This document shows positions 29,348 through 39,115 of a stretch of 64,000 nt of DNA, piece after piece; position 1 is the first letter of the stretch, and every line of letters starts with the position of its first letter. A program made the translations under genes and the position numbers. Location of the stretch: positions 1 through 64,000 of IMG/VR virus record IMGVR_UViG_3300044712_000810; one strand, given 5' to 3'. The notes beneath the pieces were generated by a model. It ran no database searches. It saw only the letters and a program-made list of their open reading frames with translations, and was not told where the DNA came from.

Positions 29348-29884
29348 ATGTCAATCGCTTATAGTAATTGGGTCAATAACAAAAGTTTAAAAACAGCAGA
29401 TGTTCTAATTACAGAAATGATGTATGAAAAAGAACTAATCACTCAACATAATTTTGAACTTAAGAAGATTAATAAACAACTCGAAGATGAAAACATTCGA
29501 ATTAATGCTAGAATTAGTATTGTCGAATCAAAAATTAATAAGTTCATTAGTCAAATGCAAGGTTCTGATAGTTTTAAAAATATAATTTCAATGTTAGAAA
29601 AACAACTTGCTGAAATTCAAAAGATTAAAGAATTTATTGAAACTGGTTTTGACGATATTGATCTCAAATCAGAAGAAGAAAAAGAAGTTATTAAGCGTAG
29701 AACTGCTGGTAGTTTAAAGAAAAAAGCACCAAACATTGATCAAAAGATGACAGAATGTCAAAATGAAATCATTGAAAGTATGCGTCCAGGAATGATGGTA
29801 AGAAATATTGCCACTGGTAAAATGCTTACTATTAATGAGTTTCGTGAACTGTTAGAACAACAGCTCGATAAAATGGATGAGTAA
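29348..29884 (+). CDS. Hypothetical coiled-coil protein
   Basis: GGAG RBS, tightly packed. Confidence 0.7.
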   Translation: MSIAYSNWVNNKSLKTADVLITEMMYEKELITQHNFELKKINKQLEDENIRINARISIVESKINKFISQMQGSDSFKNIISMLEKQLAEIQKIKEFIETGFDDIDLKSEEEKEVIKRRTAGSLKKKAPNIDQKMTECQNEIIESMRPGMMVRNIATGKMLTINEFRELLEQQLDKMDE

Positions 29885-31218
29885 TGTGGGTTTATCTAAA
29901 TAAAGAACACATTGACGAGTATTTAAATAAGTATACGGATTTGGCCGAAGGTTTTAATTCTTATATTTTAGTCGAGACTAAGGACGCCGTGTTTTTACCA
30001 CGACTATTTTATAAAAATTATCCTGATAATAACTTAAAGATTCATTACGGCCAAAAACAGGTAACACCAGAAGAAGTACAATTTAAGTTTACCGGAAAAC
30101 TAAGACCAGATCAAGTTCCAATCGTTAATACAATTATCGATGAATTTAAAAGAACTGGAAAAGTTAATGGTATTATAAAAGCAAGACCTGGAATTGGCAA
30201 AACCGTAATGTCCGTTTATATTGCATCAAAACTTGGTCTAAAACCATGTGTTGTTGTAGATAATGATAATCTGATGAAACAATGGATAAGAGCATTTCTA
30301 GATTTTACAGATTTAGAAATTGGTGATATCGGAATTGGTCGTCAAAAATCATTCGGAATTGATAAGAAAGTATGTATCTTCATGGTTCAAACTTTACTTG
30401 GCCGCATTAAAAAAGACACTACACAAGCTTTCGCAACAGTTGATAGTGGCAGATTCGGAGTAGTATTCTACGACGAAGTTCACAACACAAGCGCATCCGA
30501 GAAATATTCAAAATCTTCCGTTCTCTTTAGAACACTAAACATTCTCGGACTATCTGCCACACCATTTCATTGCGGCCCCGCAGAAATTCTCATGAAGAAC
30601 ACCATTGGTGAAATACTTTATGAAACCAATGTTTATGATCTTAAACCTAAATTTAAATTGATTTATTATAATTCGGGATTAAGTAAATACACATACATGA
30701 TTGGTAAAGTCGGTGACTATTTACGCAAAAAAGCAATGTACAATTCAATTGTGCAAAAGAGTCAAGTATATCTTGATCTCATCACTGACACTACCAAAAA
30801 ACTATTAGAAGAAAAACATAAAACGATGATATTATGCTTTACTGAAAAACAAGTACAAGCAATATCAGAAGCATTAACTAAAGCGGGTATTGAAAACTTA
30901 CGATTCTATGGTAAAGAACGTGAGATTCAATATACTGAAGATGTAATCGTTGCAACCTATTCCTTTTGCGGAAAAGGTTTCGATTATAAAGATCTAAGTG
31001 CATTAATACTCGCATGTCCACTTGCTGGTAAAAAGAGTTTAATACAAAGTTGTGGAAGAATTGTAAGACTAGCAGAAAATAAGATGACTCCAATAGTCAT
31101 AAGTCTAGTTGATCTTTGCTTCCCGACAATGTTTGTTCCTGATATACAGAAACAAAAGAAAATAATCAAAGAAGAATTTAACTGCGACATAGAAGAAATC
31201 AAGTGGGGAATTGAATAA
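29884..31218 (+). CDS. Superfamily 2 DNA helicase (UvsW-like)
   Basis: LRPDQ, ARPGIGKT, YDEVH, LGLSATP, GKGFD, QSCGRIVR. Confidence 0.9.
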   Translation: MWVYLNKEHIDEYLNKYTDLAEGFNSYILVETKDAVFLPRLFYKNYPDNNLKIHYGQKQVTPEEVQFKFTGKLRPDQVPIVNTIIDEFKRTGKVNGIIKARPGIGKTVMSVYIASKLGLKPCVVVDNDNLMKQWIRAFLDFTDLEIGDIGIGRQKSFGIDKKVCIFMVQTLLGRIKKDTTQAFATVDSGRFGVVFYDEVHNTSASEKYSKSSVLFRTLNILGLSATPFHCGPAEILMKNTIGEILYETNVYDLKPKFKLIYYNSGLSKYTYMIGKVGDYLRKKAMYNSIVQKSQVYLDLITDTTKKLLEEKHKTMILCFTEKQVQAISEALTKAGIENLRFYGKEREIQYTEDVIVATYSFCGKGFDYKDLSALILACPLAGKKSLIQSCGRIVRLAENKMTPIVISLVDLCFPTMFVPDIQKQKKIIKEEFNCDIEEIKWGIE

Positions 31219-31493
31219 TGGGTTGGTTACGGTACGAATTCTATGACGACAACACAATGTTTAAAGCATTTTATTATACAAATGATGAAAAACAAGCAGA
31301 AATACTAAAAGAACTTTATTTAATGTTAAAAGATTGCAGTGAATGTAAAATACTTTTCATTGATTGTAATCCACTAGAATATAAATATATGTTCAAATAT
31401 AAAAGTGCCGTTAACCAACAATCTGAAATGATCAGAAGAATCTTAGAAAAACTAGTTGTAAATAATCTTCCGGAGCAAGATCATGTCGAATGA
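31218..31493 (+). CDS. Hypothetical protein
   Basis: Coupled to the helicase stop. Confidence 0.65.
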   Translation: MGWLRYEFYDDNTMFKAFYYTNDEKQAEILKELYLMLKDCSECKILFIDCNPLEYKYMFKYKSAVNQQSEMIRRILEKLVVNNLPEQDHVE

Positions 31494-31737
31494 TAATCGT
31501 CCAAAAGATTATCCAAAGGTTTCAATGCAAATTGAAATCAAAATGTCTGACAAAAAATTTTATAAACCACTAATCGATTATCTTTATGCTCATGATTATT
31601 GGCCTGAATTTGAAGTCGAAACTATCATGCGAGATAATTATACTGCGGTTATTATAAATTTATATCCGAGATATGATGAAATGATTTATATCCATAAAAT
31701 ACTTATGGATATCCACGCCGAGTTAGAACAAAACTAA
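31483..31737 (+). CDS. Hypothetical protein
   Basis: GGAG RBS, overlap with upstream gene. Confidence 0.65.
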   Translation: MSNDNRPKDYPKVSMQIEIKMSDKKFYKPLIDYLYAHDYWPEFEVETIMRDNYTAVIINLYPRYDEMIYIHKILMDIHAELEQN

Positions 31738-31747
31738 GAGGACTAAA

Positions 31748-32530
31748 ATGGCTGATACAGAGCTGTCAAAGTACCTGGACGTTAGTCATCCACTCATGGA
31801 GCTTTTCAAAAAGACTGCTCCGGGTACACAGAAGCATTGTCTTAACGTGGCCGCTTTTTGCGAAAGTATCGCAAGAGATTTGAATTTAAAAAATCCAGAT
31901 ATGTTAAAGTGTGCAGCACTGTATCATGATATCGGTAAAACCGTCAATCCGATGTATTTTACCGAAAATCAATCCGGTGTTAATCCACATGATGATATTA
32001 AGAATCCACATTTAAGTTTTCAATTGATATCGCGACATATCCCAGATACTGTATTCATATTACATCAATACAAATTTCCAATAGAAATTATTGATATAGC
32101 CAGTGAACACCACGGTGATTCTGTCTTATCATACTTCTATAATATTGCAAAGAAACAACAGTCAAACGATTTACATCCAACAGAATTGATTAAACAATTC
32201 AGATATAGATCGCCGCGTCCAAAAACTGCGGAAAGTGCAATACTCATGATTTGTGATCGTGTGGAAGCAACCGCTAGAAGCAAATTCATGAATGCACCAA
32301 AAGATGTTCAAGTCGATTTTGCAGAGTTTGTTCATGGAATCATCAACGAACTTAAAGAAGATGGTCAATTAGACAATATGAAGATTGGTACTTGTCGCAA
32401 AGTTGAAATAATACTTTCGCGTGAACTTGCATCAATCTATCATAGTCGAATTGCATATCCGGCTGAACCGGAAGATGAAGATGACCAAACAATTGGTGAA
32501 ACAAGACCCAAAGACGTGACAGACGCGTAG
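31748..32530 (+). CDS. Stand-alone HD (HDIG) phosphodiesterase domain, PgpH/7TM-HD-like
   Basis: APGTQKH, YHDIGK...YFTENQ...NPHD, EHHG, FRY.SPRPKTAESAILMICDRVEATARS as in PgpH-type cytoplasmic HD domains. Confidence 0.8.
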   Translation: MADTELSKYLDVSHPLMELFKKTAPGTQKHCLNVAAFCESIARDLNLKNPDMLKCAALYHDIGKTVNPMYFTENQSGVNPHDDIKNPHLSFQLISRHIPDTVFILHQYKFPIEIIDIASEHHGDSVLSYFYNIAKKQQSNDLHPTELIKQFRYRSPRPKTAESAILMICDRVEATARSKFMNAPKDVQVDFAEFVHGIINELKEDGQLDNMKIGTCRKVEIILSRELASIYHSRIAYPAEPEDEDDQTIGETRPKDVTDA

Positions 32531-32575
32531 TAACAATGGGCGGGGAAACCCGCCCTTTTTAAAGGAGACTCAAAC

Positions 32576-32764
32576 ATGCTAATTACAATTTTAACTGGAA
32601 TCGCAACATTTCTATGGGCATTCTGTGGTGGAATGGGTCTAGCAATAGAAGAAATTGCATTTAAACGAAATATAAGATTAATCGATTATGTTGGTGCATA
32701 TATATGTGGACCGATAGCCCTACTAATAACAGTATTAAGATTGAGAGATAAATACAATGGATGA
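32576..32764 (+). CDS. Small membrane hypothetical protein
   Basis: AAGGAG RBS, two hydrophobic segments. Confidence 0.6.
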   Translation: MLITILTGIATFLWAFCGGMGLAIEEIAFKRNIRLIDYVGAYICGPIALLITVLRLRDKYNG

Positions 32765-33059
32765 ATTAGAAATAGAACAAATAAATGAACAAAAAGAAGA
32801 TCTACAAGAACCACCAAGATTCAAAGTAATATTCTTTAACGATGACTTTACAACAACTGATTTTGTAACTGACGTTGTTCAAAGTGTTTTCAAAAGAACA
32901 ATCGAAGAAGCAGAAAGAATAACAAATGTTATTCATACAACAGGTCATGCAGTTGTCGGAACATATACAAAAGAAATAGCTGAAACAAAAAGAGCACAAG
33001 TAATAAACAAAGCAAGAGCACAGGAGTTCCCGCTTCGGGTTGAATGTGAACTAGATTAA
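32757..33059 (+). CDS. clpS: ATP-dependent Clp protease adaptor
   Basis: EPPRFKVIFFNDDFTTTDFV, IHTTGHAVVGTYTKEIAETK, FPLRVECE. Confidence 0.92.
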   Translation: MDELEIEQINEQKEDLQEPPRFKVIFFNDDFTTTDFVTDVVQSVFKRTIEEAERITNVIHTTGHAVVGTYTKEIAETKRAQVINKARAQEFPLRVECELD

Positions 33060-33072
33060 ATGAGGATATTCT

Positions 33073-33963
33073 ATGCTTAATGATGGATTTTATAAAAAAG
33101 TTGAAGATCCAAAATATTTAAAAAACATACTTTACGGCGATACAGACTCTTTGTTCCTTTGTATCCCAACTAAAACATCAGCAAAACAAATGTCAATTGA
33201 CGAAATTATTAAAATTTCAAAAGATACTGGTAAGAATATAAATGATTTAATTCAACAGTATATGGTTAAATATTTGTTTCCAAAAGCAAATATTGATCCT
33301 AATTTTAATAAGACTCAATTTAAAAACGAAATGATTATGTCGAGTATCATGTTCCTCGACGTTAAAAAACAGTATGCATATAAACTACTAGTAAAAGAAG
33401 GTGTTGTACTAACAGAACCTGAAACCAAATATACCGGTATTCAGATTGTTAGAACCAATACTGCAAAAATTACTAGTAAACTTTTAAGAGAAATGATTGA
33501 GGATGTTATTCTTAATCCACAAATTACAAGAAAACAACGTATTCCAAAACTTATTGAACTCGTTGATGCAAAACACAAAGTATTTAATGATTTTGCAGAC
33601 GCATGTGATTTTACCGAAATAGGTATTCCATGTAAATGGCAAAAACAAGATCAACATATTATGGGAATGAAATTATATAATTTCATAATGGAGAAAGAGA
33701 CATTTAACTTAGGATCTTCCGGAAGATTCATCTATTGCAAATTTCATGATACTAGAACATTAAATCTTTCCGGTATAGATACTGATAAATTAAACGGTAT
33801 AGTCGTACCATATTCATATGATAAAGATAAACTTCGTGATGCAATGGCTAAATATAAAATCATCATCGATAGACAAACACAATGGGACACACTGTACTCC
33901 AAGACTTGTCAACGCTTAACTGAACTAGTAAAACTGATCGATAAGAGATCAGAAGGGAAGTAA
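33073..33963 (+). CDS. Family-B DNA polymerase, C-terminal part (palm motif C + thumb)
   Basis: ILYGDTDSLF, KKQYAY, KYTGIQIVRTNT. Confidence 0.9.
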   Translation: MLNDGFYKKVEDPKYLKNILYGDTDSLFLCIPTKTSAKQMSIDEIIKISKDTGKNINDLIQQYMVKYLFPKANIDPNFNKTQFKNEMIMSSIMFLDVKKQYAYKLLVKEGVVLTEPETKYTGIQIVRTNTAKITSKLLREMIEDVILNPQITRKQRIPKLIELVDAKHKVFNDFADACDFTEIGIPCKWQKQDQHIMGMKLYNFIMEKETFNLGSSGRFIYCKFHDTRTLNLSGIDTDKLNGIVVPYSYDKDKLRDAMAKYKIIIDRQTQWDTLYSKTCQRLTELVKLIDKRSEGK

Positions 33964-33964
33964 G

Positions 33965-34450
33965 ATGAATTTTTACGTAGTATTCAAGTGCAAAAACGAA
34001 AACGATTGTGTTCTTAATAGAAAATGTAATAAATTCGGTCTTAATGACTATGATGATGCAGTAAAAGAATTTGGTCCATTTGATATTTATCATTTTGAAA
34101 ATTCATGCAATGTATGTCAATCAAAAGTATCAATTCATTTCACTCCAGACGAAGCAAGACAAGTTGGAGTATTTAAAGAAGAATGTTATTTGGAAATTAT
34201 TGTTCCGGCTAATTACTTAAATAAATACTTAGTGAAAAAATTTACTGCAAATTTATATGATGAGCGCGAAGATGTAGAAATTGATATTACTCCATGGTGG
34301 CATTTCGGATTATGCAAGAAGTATAAAACCGAAAGAAGAACCGTCAAAGAAAATTTATTATATGGAGTAACAATGCGTTATTCATATGATGATGACGAAA
34401 TTAAAAAAGATTGGATTGAAATGGGTTGTCCATTAGAAATCAAAGAGTAA
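33965..34450 (+). CDS. Hypothetical protein
   Basis: 161 aa co-oriented ORF. Confidence 0.7.
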   Translation: MNFYVVFKCKNENDCVLNRKCNKFGLNDYDDAVKEFGPFDIYHFENSCNVCQSKVSIHFTPDEARQVGVFKEECYLEIIVPANYLNKYLVKKFTANLYDEREDVEIDITPWWHFGLCKKYKTERRTVKENLLYGVTMRYSYDDDEIKKDWIEMGCPLEIKE

Positions 34451-34534
34451 GATAAAAATTGAATTTTGTCTTAAGTTATAAAAAAATAGTACCATTGTCG
34501 TCGGGACGGACGGCAATTTTAATAATCTCAAAAA

Positions 34535-34546
34535 TCGTATAGAAAT
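34535..34546 (+). promoter_or_regulatory. TCGTATAGAAAT putative promoter driving tRNA-Asn
   Basis: Motif copy ~80 nt upstream of the tRNA. Confidence 0.65.
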
Positions 34547-34626
34547 ATTGAAAATATAGGGTCCATAGTAGGTACCCTGACCTGAGGGCTCATTCGAGCC
34601 CTCTGGTTTCAATTTACTTTTAGTAC

Positions 34627-34701
34627 TCTGGGTTAGTTCAGTGGCAGAACGTCTGGCTGTTAACCAGAATGTCGGGAGTTCGAACCTCTCACCCAGAGCC
34701 A
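34627..34701 (+). tRNA. tRNA-Asn(GTT)
   Basis: Cloverleaf: TCTGGGT/ACCCAGA, anticodon arm TCTGG-CTGTTAA-CCAGA, T arm GGGAG-TTCGAAC-CTCTC, G73, encoded CCA. Confidence 0.95.
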
Positions 34702-34720
34702 TTTTTATTTTGGAGAATTC

Positions 34721-34906
34721 ATGGAAAATAAACAAGACCATGCAACAATCTCAATCGGATTTAATTCCGACGTAGAATTTTTTGTTATGAAAAACAATGG
34801 AAGAATACTAACAACACTTTCATCCAAAGACAACCATTTACTCAAAATTGAATTACCCGTCGAGGTAATGCGACAGTTAGTTGAAGAATACAAGCACTAC
34901 CTGTAG
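34721..34906 (+). CDS. Hypothetical protein
   Basis: GGAG RBS. Confidence 0.6.
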   Translation: MENKQDHATISIGFNSDVEFFVMKNNGRILTTLSSKDNHLLKIELPVEVMRQLVEEYKHYL

Positions 34907-34927
34907 TACCAATTTTTTAATTTGATT

Positions 34928-35410
34928 ATGAACACATACATTATAGCAGATACACATTTTGGACATGCCAACATTATCAAATACTGTAATAGACCATTTA
35001 CCGATTTTATCGAAATGGACTATATCCTAAAACGAAACTGGAATTCAACAGTAGGAATTAATGATACTGTATGGCATCTTGGCGATTTTGCAATGTTACC
35101 AAAACAAAACATTCAACAGCTTATTCCTCAGCTTAATGGTAGGAAAAAAATAGTACTCGGAAATCATGATAGATATGAGAAACAATTCTATTTAGATTCC
35201 GGATTTGAAGAAGTATATGAACACAATGAAGTATTCTTTGAGAAGTACTCAATGTCTCATCATCCTCTCCCGAATCCTACGATCCTAAATATTCACGGTC
35301 ACGTTCACAATACAAGTTTCGACTTTAAAAGTGAATTGCACGTCTGTGTATGTGTCGAACTACATGATTACAAACCGATACTACTCAACAGTATAATACC
35401 GCAAATTTAA
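34928..35410 (+). CDS. Calcineurin-like metallophosphoesterase
   Basis: ADTHFGH, HLGDF, GNHD, SHHP, HGHVH. Confidence 0.9.
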   Translation: MNTYIIADTHFGHANIIKYCNRPFTDFIEMDYILKRNWNSTVGINDTVWHLGDFAMLPKQNIQQLIPQLNGRKKIVLGNHDRYEKQFYLDSGFEEVYEHNEVFFEKYSMSHHPLPNPTILNIHGHVHNTSFDFKSELHVCVCVELHDYKPILLNSIIPQI

Positions 35411-35452
35411 CATCGCGGTCATTATAGAATAAGAATATGGGAGATTGGATTT

Positions 35453-35653
35453 ATGGAAAGTGGTACAGTTAAGTGGTTTGATGAGAAGAAAGGTTACGGT
35501 TTTATTAGCAGCAATGGTGATGATCTATTCGTGCATTTCAGTGATATCCAAGCAAAGGGATTCAGAAAGCTCACAGAAGGTCAGGAAGTAAAGTTCAAAG
35601 TAGCTAAAGGACAAAACGGAAAGAAAAAGGCAGTCGAAGTAACTGCTGCTTAA
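35453..35653 (+). CDS. Cold-shock domain RNA chaperone
   Basis: [33 protein letters not shown]. Confidence 0.95.
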   Translation: MESGTVKWFDEKKGYGFISSNGDDLFVHFSDIQAKGFRKLTEGQEVKFKVAKGQNGKKKAVEVTAA

Positions 35654-35826
35654 TTTTAAGATTTACGGCCTTGATTAATTAAGATTCTAAAAATTTAAAA
35701 TGTCGTACCCAAATTATATTAAAAATGTCGTGCAAAAATTATAAATTATTTATTAGATAATTCTAACGATGGGACACTCGCTGTGTCCCATTTTTTAGTT
35801 TTTTTTTATTTTAATATTCAATTTAC

Positions 35827-35838
35827 TCATATAGAAAT
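35827..35838 (+). promoter_or_regulatory. TCATATAGAAAT putative promoter
   Basis: Follows the hairpin ATGGGACAC...GTGTCCCAT-TTTTT. Confidence 0.7.
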
Positions 35839-35879
35839 ATTATAATAGGCACTAACGCCTAAACATACAAGGAGGCATT

Positions 35880-36317
35880 ATGAAACGCAAAGACAAAGAT
35901 GACTTGAGGCTCATCGTCAAAGACGGTGAGATACATGTGAACGCCGATCTGACCATCCGCATGTTCGACAGAACTCGCGGAGGAAAGGCTGATCCTCTGT
36001 TCCCGCTGTGCGATATCGCACACTGGCTGAACAAGAATCGGCACAGCACACCACAGTTAGCAAGAGCAATCGAACGACTGGCAGAAGATCATCGGTGCAA
36101 GTCCAAAGTGTTCTGTGACAAGAACACAATGGGCATGTACTGCACCAACCTCGCCGGTTTGAAGTTGTTGAATGCGACGGATCACAGCACCGAGGTTTTC
36201 AGTAATCTCCTGCTGAAGATGATGTTGCACTTCGACGCCGATTTCGCCGCGAACTTCAAAGCGGCTGCAGGCATCAACAACAACAAGAGCGGAAAAGTCG
36301 TGCAAATGGCCGGCTAA
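35880..36317 (+). CDS. Hypothetical protein, weak BRO-N-like resemblance, GC-rich codons
   Basis: AAGGAGG RBS; PLFPLCDIAHWL...AIERL...TNLAGLKLL pattern loosely BRO-like. Confidence 0.65.
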   Translation: MKRKDKDDLRLIVKDGEIHVNADLTIRMFDRTRGGKADPLFPLCDIAHWLNKNRHSTPQLARAIERLAEDHRCKSKVFCDKNTMGMYCTNLAGLKLLNATDHSTEVFSNLLLKMMLHFDADFAANFKAAAGINNNKSGKVVQMAG

Positions 36318-36361
36318 CAAGCGGGGGCTTCGGCCCCCGTTTCTACTCATAGGAGAAACAT

Positions 36362-37174
36362 ATGGAAATGCCTTCTGAAGTACAAGACATGGTTGACAAT
36401 CTTCTTAAATTCGATGGCATTGACATTGCCGAAAGGATAACTGGAAAAACATGCAACAACGATGAAGCAACCGAAGCACTTGGTGTTGCATTATCAATTG
36501 AACATAACCATCACAAGAACGAACAACTGAAAAAAATCAATGATACCTACATGGGTATTTCATTTGATGATTTTTTAATAATTGCTAAAAATCTCGGATT
36601 CGAAGCAATCTATGAATACGAATTCGAGTACACATCGCAAGAATACGAGTTCCGCGATGAAAAACAAATCGAGATGTTCAATTACGAACACTCGATACTC
36701 TTGATCGCCAACAGTTTCAGTGGACGGTTAAACCGCGCTGAGATGTATTACAACTGGAAGCCACATGTTTTAAAAGGTACTTTCGGAATTGCGTCGTCCG
36801 GCGGAATGATTTCCAAATACAAAGTGCCACAACACTTAATTGACTTGGATCTCAAAGAAGAAACATACAAATATTTCCGTGGCTATATGCCATGGGATAT
36901 CTGGTGCGGGCATCATGATGTTCGCGAAGCATTTATGTTCAAATTTAACAGATTGCTCGAACATGGTAAGTTTGTCAAGTTATGGTTGGAAAAACCATTT
37001 CTATGGCTTCATGACTATGTCGAACAAACAATATTTGCAGGTTCATATTCAAATGAAAGTGAATACCTGCGTAATAAACTAACACAGATCAATCACATTG
37101 ATCACTGGCCGGATGAAGTTAAGATGAGAGTTATTCCAATAGTCGATCAACGCGACTATTTTCGTCAAGTGTAA
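36362..37174 (+). CDS. Hypothetical protein
   Basis: AGGAG RBS, 270 aa, followed by terminator. Confidence 0.75.
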   Translation: MEMPSEVQDMVDNLLKFDGIDIAERITGKTCNNDEATEALGVALSIEHNHHKNEQLKKINDTYMGISFDDFLIIAKNLGFEAIYEYEFEYTSQEYEFRDEKQIEMFNYEHSILLIANSFSGRLNRAEMYYNWKPHVLKGTFGIASSGGMISKYKVPQHLIDLDLKEETYKYFRGYMPWDIWCGHHDVREAFMFKFNRLLEHGKFVKLWLEKPFLWLHDYVEQTIFAGSYSNESEYLRNKLTQINHIDHWPDEVKMRVIPIVDQRDYFRQV

Positions 37175-37221
37175 CACAAGAATGGGGGTGGAAACACCCC
37201 CATTTTTAATATTCTCTTTTT

Positions 37222-37233
37222 TCATATAGAAAT
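37222..37233 (+). promoter_or_regulatory. TCATATAGAAAT putative promoter of the Ro60/ncRNA operon
   Basis: Follows the terminator GGGGGTG-GAAA-CACCCC-ATTTTT. Confidence 0.7.
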
Positions 37234-37359
37234 AATACCAATGCGCGAGTAACCGTGTCGCCAACTTTTGGTTACATGCGTAAACCATTGATGTGCAAAC
37301 ATCGATGGTTTTATTGCACAGTCCTCCTGTTTAATTTTAACAACCTTTGGGAGGTTTAA

Positions 37360-38982
37360 ATGAAGAAAGTCGTAAAATCAGTGGAAAAGGCAATTTACAA
37401 AAACCCAACAGCGACAGCAGACACTGTCAACAAACACGGCACAAAAGCTTGGACTCAGTCCGATAGCACTCGTGTCGATCAGATCATGATGACAGGTACA
37501 TTTGGAAACTCGTTCTACGCCTCCGGCGACGAACTTGTGAAAGATGCTATCGAAGTCATCGAACGCGTGGCAAAGAAAGATCCTGCGCTGCTTGCATCAA
37601 CCATCGTGAAGGGTCGTAATGACGGCTTCATCAGAACTGCACCGTTAATCGGTCTAACAGTTCTATCGATGCACGCTCCAGCTGAATTTCGTAAAATCTT
37701 CAACGATACCGTGAAAACCGGTAACGACCTTGAAGACTTCATGAAGTTCGCATCAACCATGCGTAAAGGATTCGGAACTGCAATCAAGAAAGCTATGTGG
37801 GGATGGCTGTTTGAAAAGGTAACACCTTTCTACGCAACCAAATACACAAAGCAAATCGCGAACGCAATTTCCGTTTCGCATCCAAGAACACTCGATCCTA
37901 TCTTCGATTACATCATGCAGCACACTGCTGGTAAATCGAGAAACTATGCGGCTGCTCTCAAAAAGTATCCTGCCCTTCGTGGTATGGAAGAAGCAAAGGT
38001 AGCAGTTCAAAACAAAGACTGGAAGAAAGCCCAGAAACTAATCGACGAGCACAGACTCGATCCGACTACTTTTCTTGGCATGGGAACAATGACAAAAGAT
38101 GTGTGGAAATCACTTTCTGCACAATTTGGTGTCATGGCATATCTCAAATACCTTAACAAGATCGTCCGCGAGGATGCTCTTGATCCTAAGGTAATGAGAG
38201 AAAAGCTAAAACCTGAAGTCCTGAACAAGGCAAAGGTTTTCCCATTCCGTCTTTACATCGCAAGAGAAAACATCCAGAACGCAACAGTTCGTGATCATCT
38301 CGCCCAAGTCCTCGACGACTACGGCAAGATTTACAACTGGGAATCTTGGGGTGACAAGCAATTTGTCATCGCACCAGACGTTTCTGGATCAATGGTTCAA
38401 GCTGTACGTGGATCTAAACTAACTCCAGCCACAGTTGCTGGTATGTTCAGTGGATTCCTGTACAAATTCATTCCAGGAAGTATTCTTCTTCCTTGGAGCA
38501 CTGAAGTTCGTCCGAACCTCGTGCGTCCTCGTCAGGACTCTGTTCTGACACATATCGAAAGTATTGCCCGTGCAAACGGCGGTGGAACAGCAATGGCTTC
38601 ACCGATCGATCACATGATCCGCAATAAGATCAAGTGTGACTACTTCATCGGAATCACCGATTCTGAAGAATGGTCTGCACCTGTGACCAGATATGCTTGG
38701 GGCGGACGTAGATCCGATGAAAGACAGTGGATTGATGCTTGGACTGAATACAGAAATAAAGTCAACAAGAATGCGAAAGCAATTCTTCTTCGTGTGGATG
38801 GATACCCAACACAGCCATTCGATGACAAAACAGCTAAAGAAAATGGAATTTACCAGATCTTCGGTTGGTCCGACAACGTACTCAAATACGTTGATTACGT
38901 GATCAATTCTGAAAAATATGTGGTAAAAGAAAAAGAAAAGAAAGTTGAAAAACTTGATAAATATGTAACTATCGAAAGATAG
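37360..38982 (+). CDS. Ro60/Rsr ortholog (TROVE + C-terminal vWA)
   Basis: TGTFGNSFYA, RNDGFIRTAP, FPFRLYIA, vWA MIDAS-like APDVSGSM, GGGTAMASP, ITDSEEW. Confidence 0.9.
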   Translation: MKKVVKSVEKAIYKNPTATADTVNKHGTKAWTQSDSTRVDQIMMTGTFGNSFYASGDELVKDAIEVIERVAKKDPALLASTIVKGRNDGFIRTAPLIGLTVLSMHAPAEFRKIFNDTVKTGNDLEDFMKFASTMRKGFGTAIKKAMWGWLFEKVTPFYATKYTKQIANAISVSHPRTLDPIFDYIMQHTAGKSRNYAAALKKYPALRGMEEAKVAVQNKDWKKAQKLIDEHRLDPTTFLGMGTMTKDVWKSLSAQFGVMAYLKYLNKIVREDALDPKVMREKLKPEVLNKAKVFPFRLYIARENIQNATVRDHLAQVLDDYGKIYNWESWGDKQFVIAPDVSGSMVQAVRGSKLTPATVAGMFSGFLYKFIPGSILLPWSTEVRPNLVRPRQDSVLTHIESIARANGGGTAMASPIDHMIRNKIKCDYFIGITDSEEWSAPVTRYAWGGRRSDERQWIDAWTEYRNKVNKNAKAILLRVDGYPTQPFDDKTAKENGIYQIFGWSDNVLKYVDYVINSEKYVVKEKEKKVEKLDKYVTIER

Positions 38983-39031
38983 TTTTCAGGTGGGAGTTAT
39001 TACACTCCCACCAACTACAAATTTCTAAATT

Positions 39032-39100
39032 TGCAAGGTATCAGTAATAAGTTTCAACGCACTGTTAAAGCCAAAAAGGCTTATTACATTAGTCCTTGCG
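39032..39100 (+). ncRNA. Scaffold RNA unit 1 (Asn GUU anticodon-loop cargo)
   Basis: GCAAGG/CCTTGC closing stem; GTAATAAGTTT/AGGCTTATTAC inner stem; CAAC-GC-A-CTGTTAA-A-GC. Confidence 0.8.
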
Positions 39101-39115
39101 CTTCTTTCAAATTTT

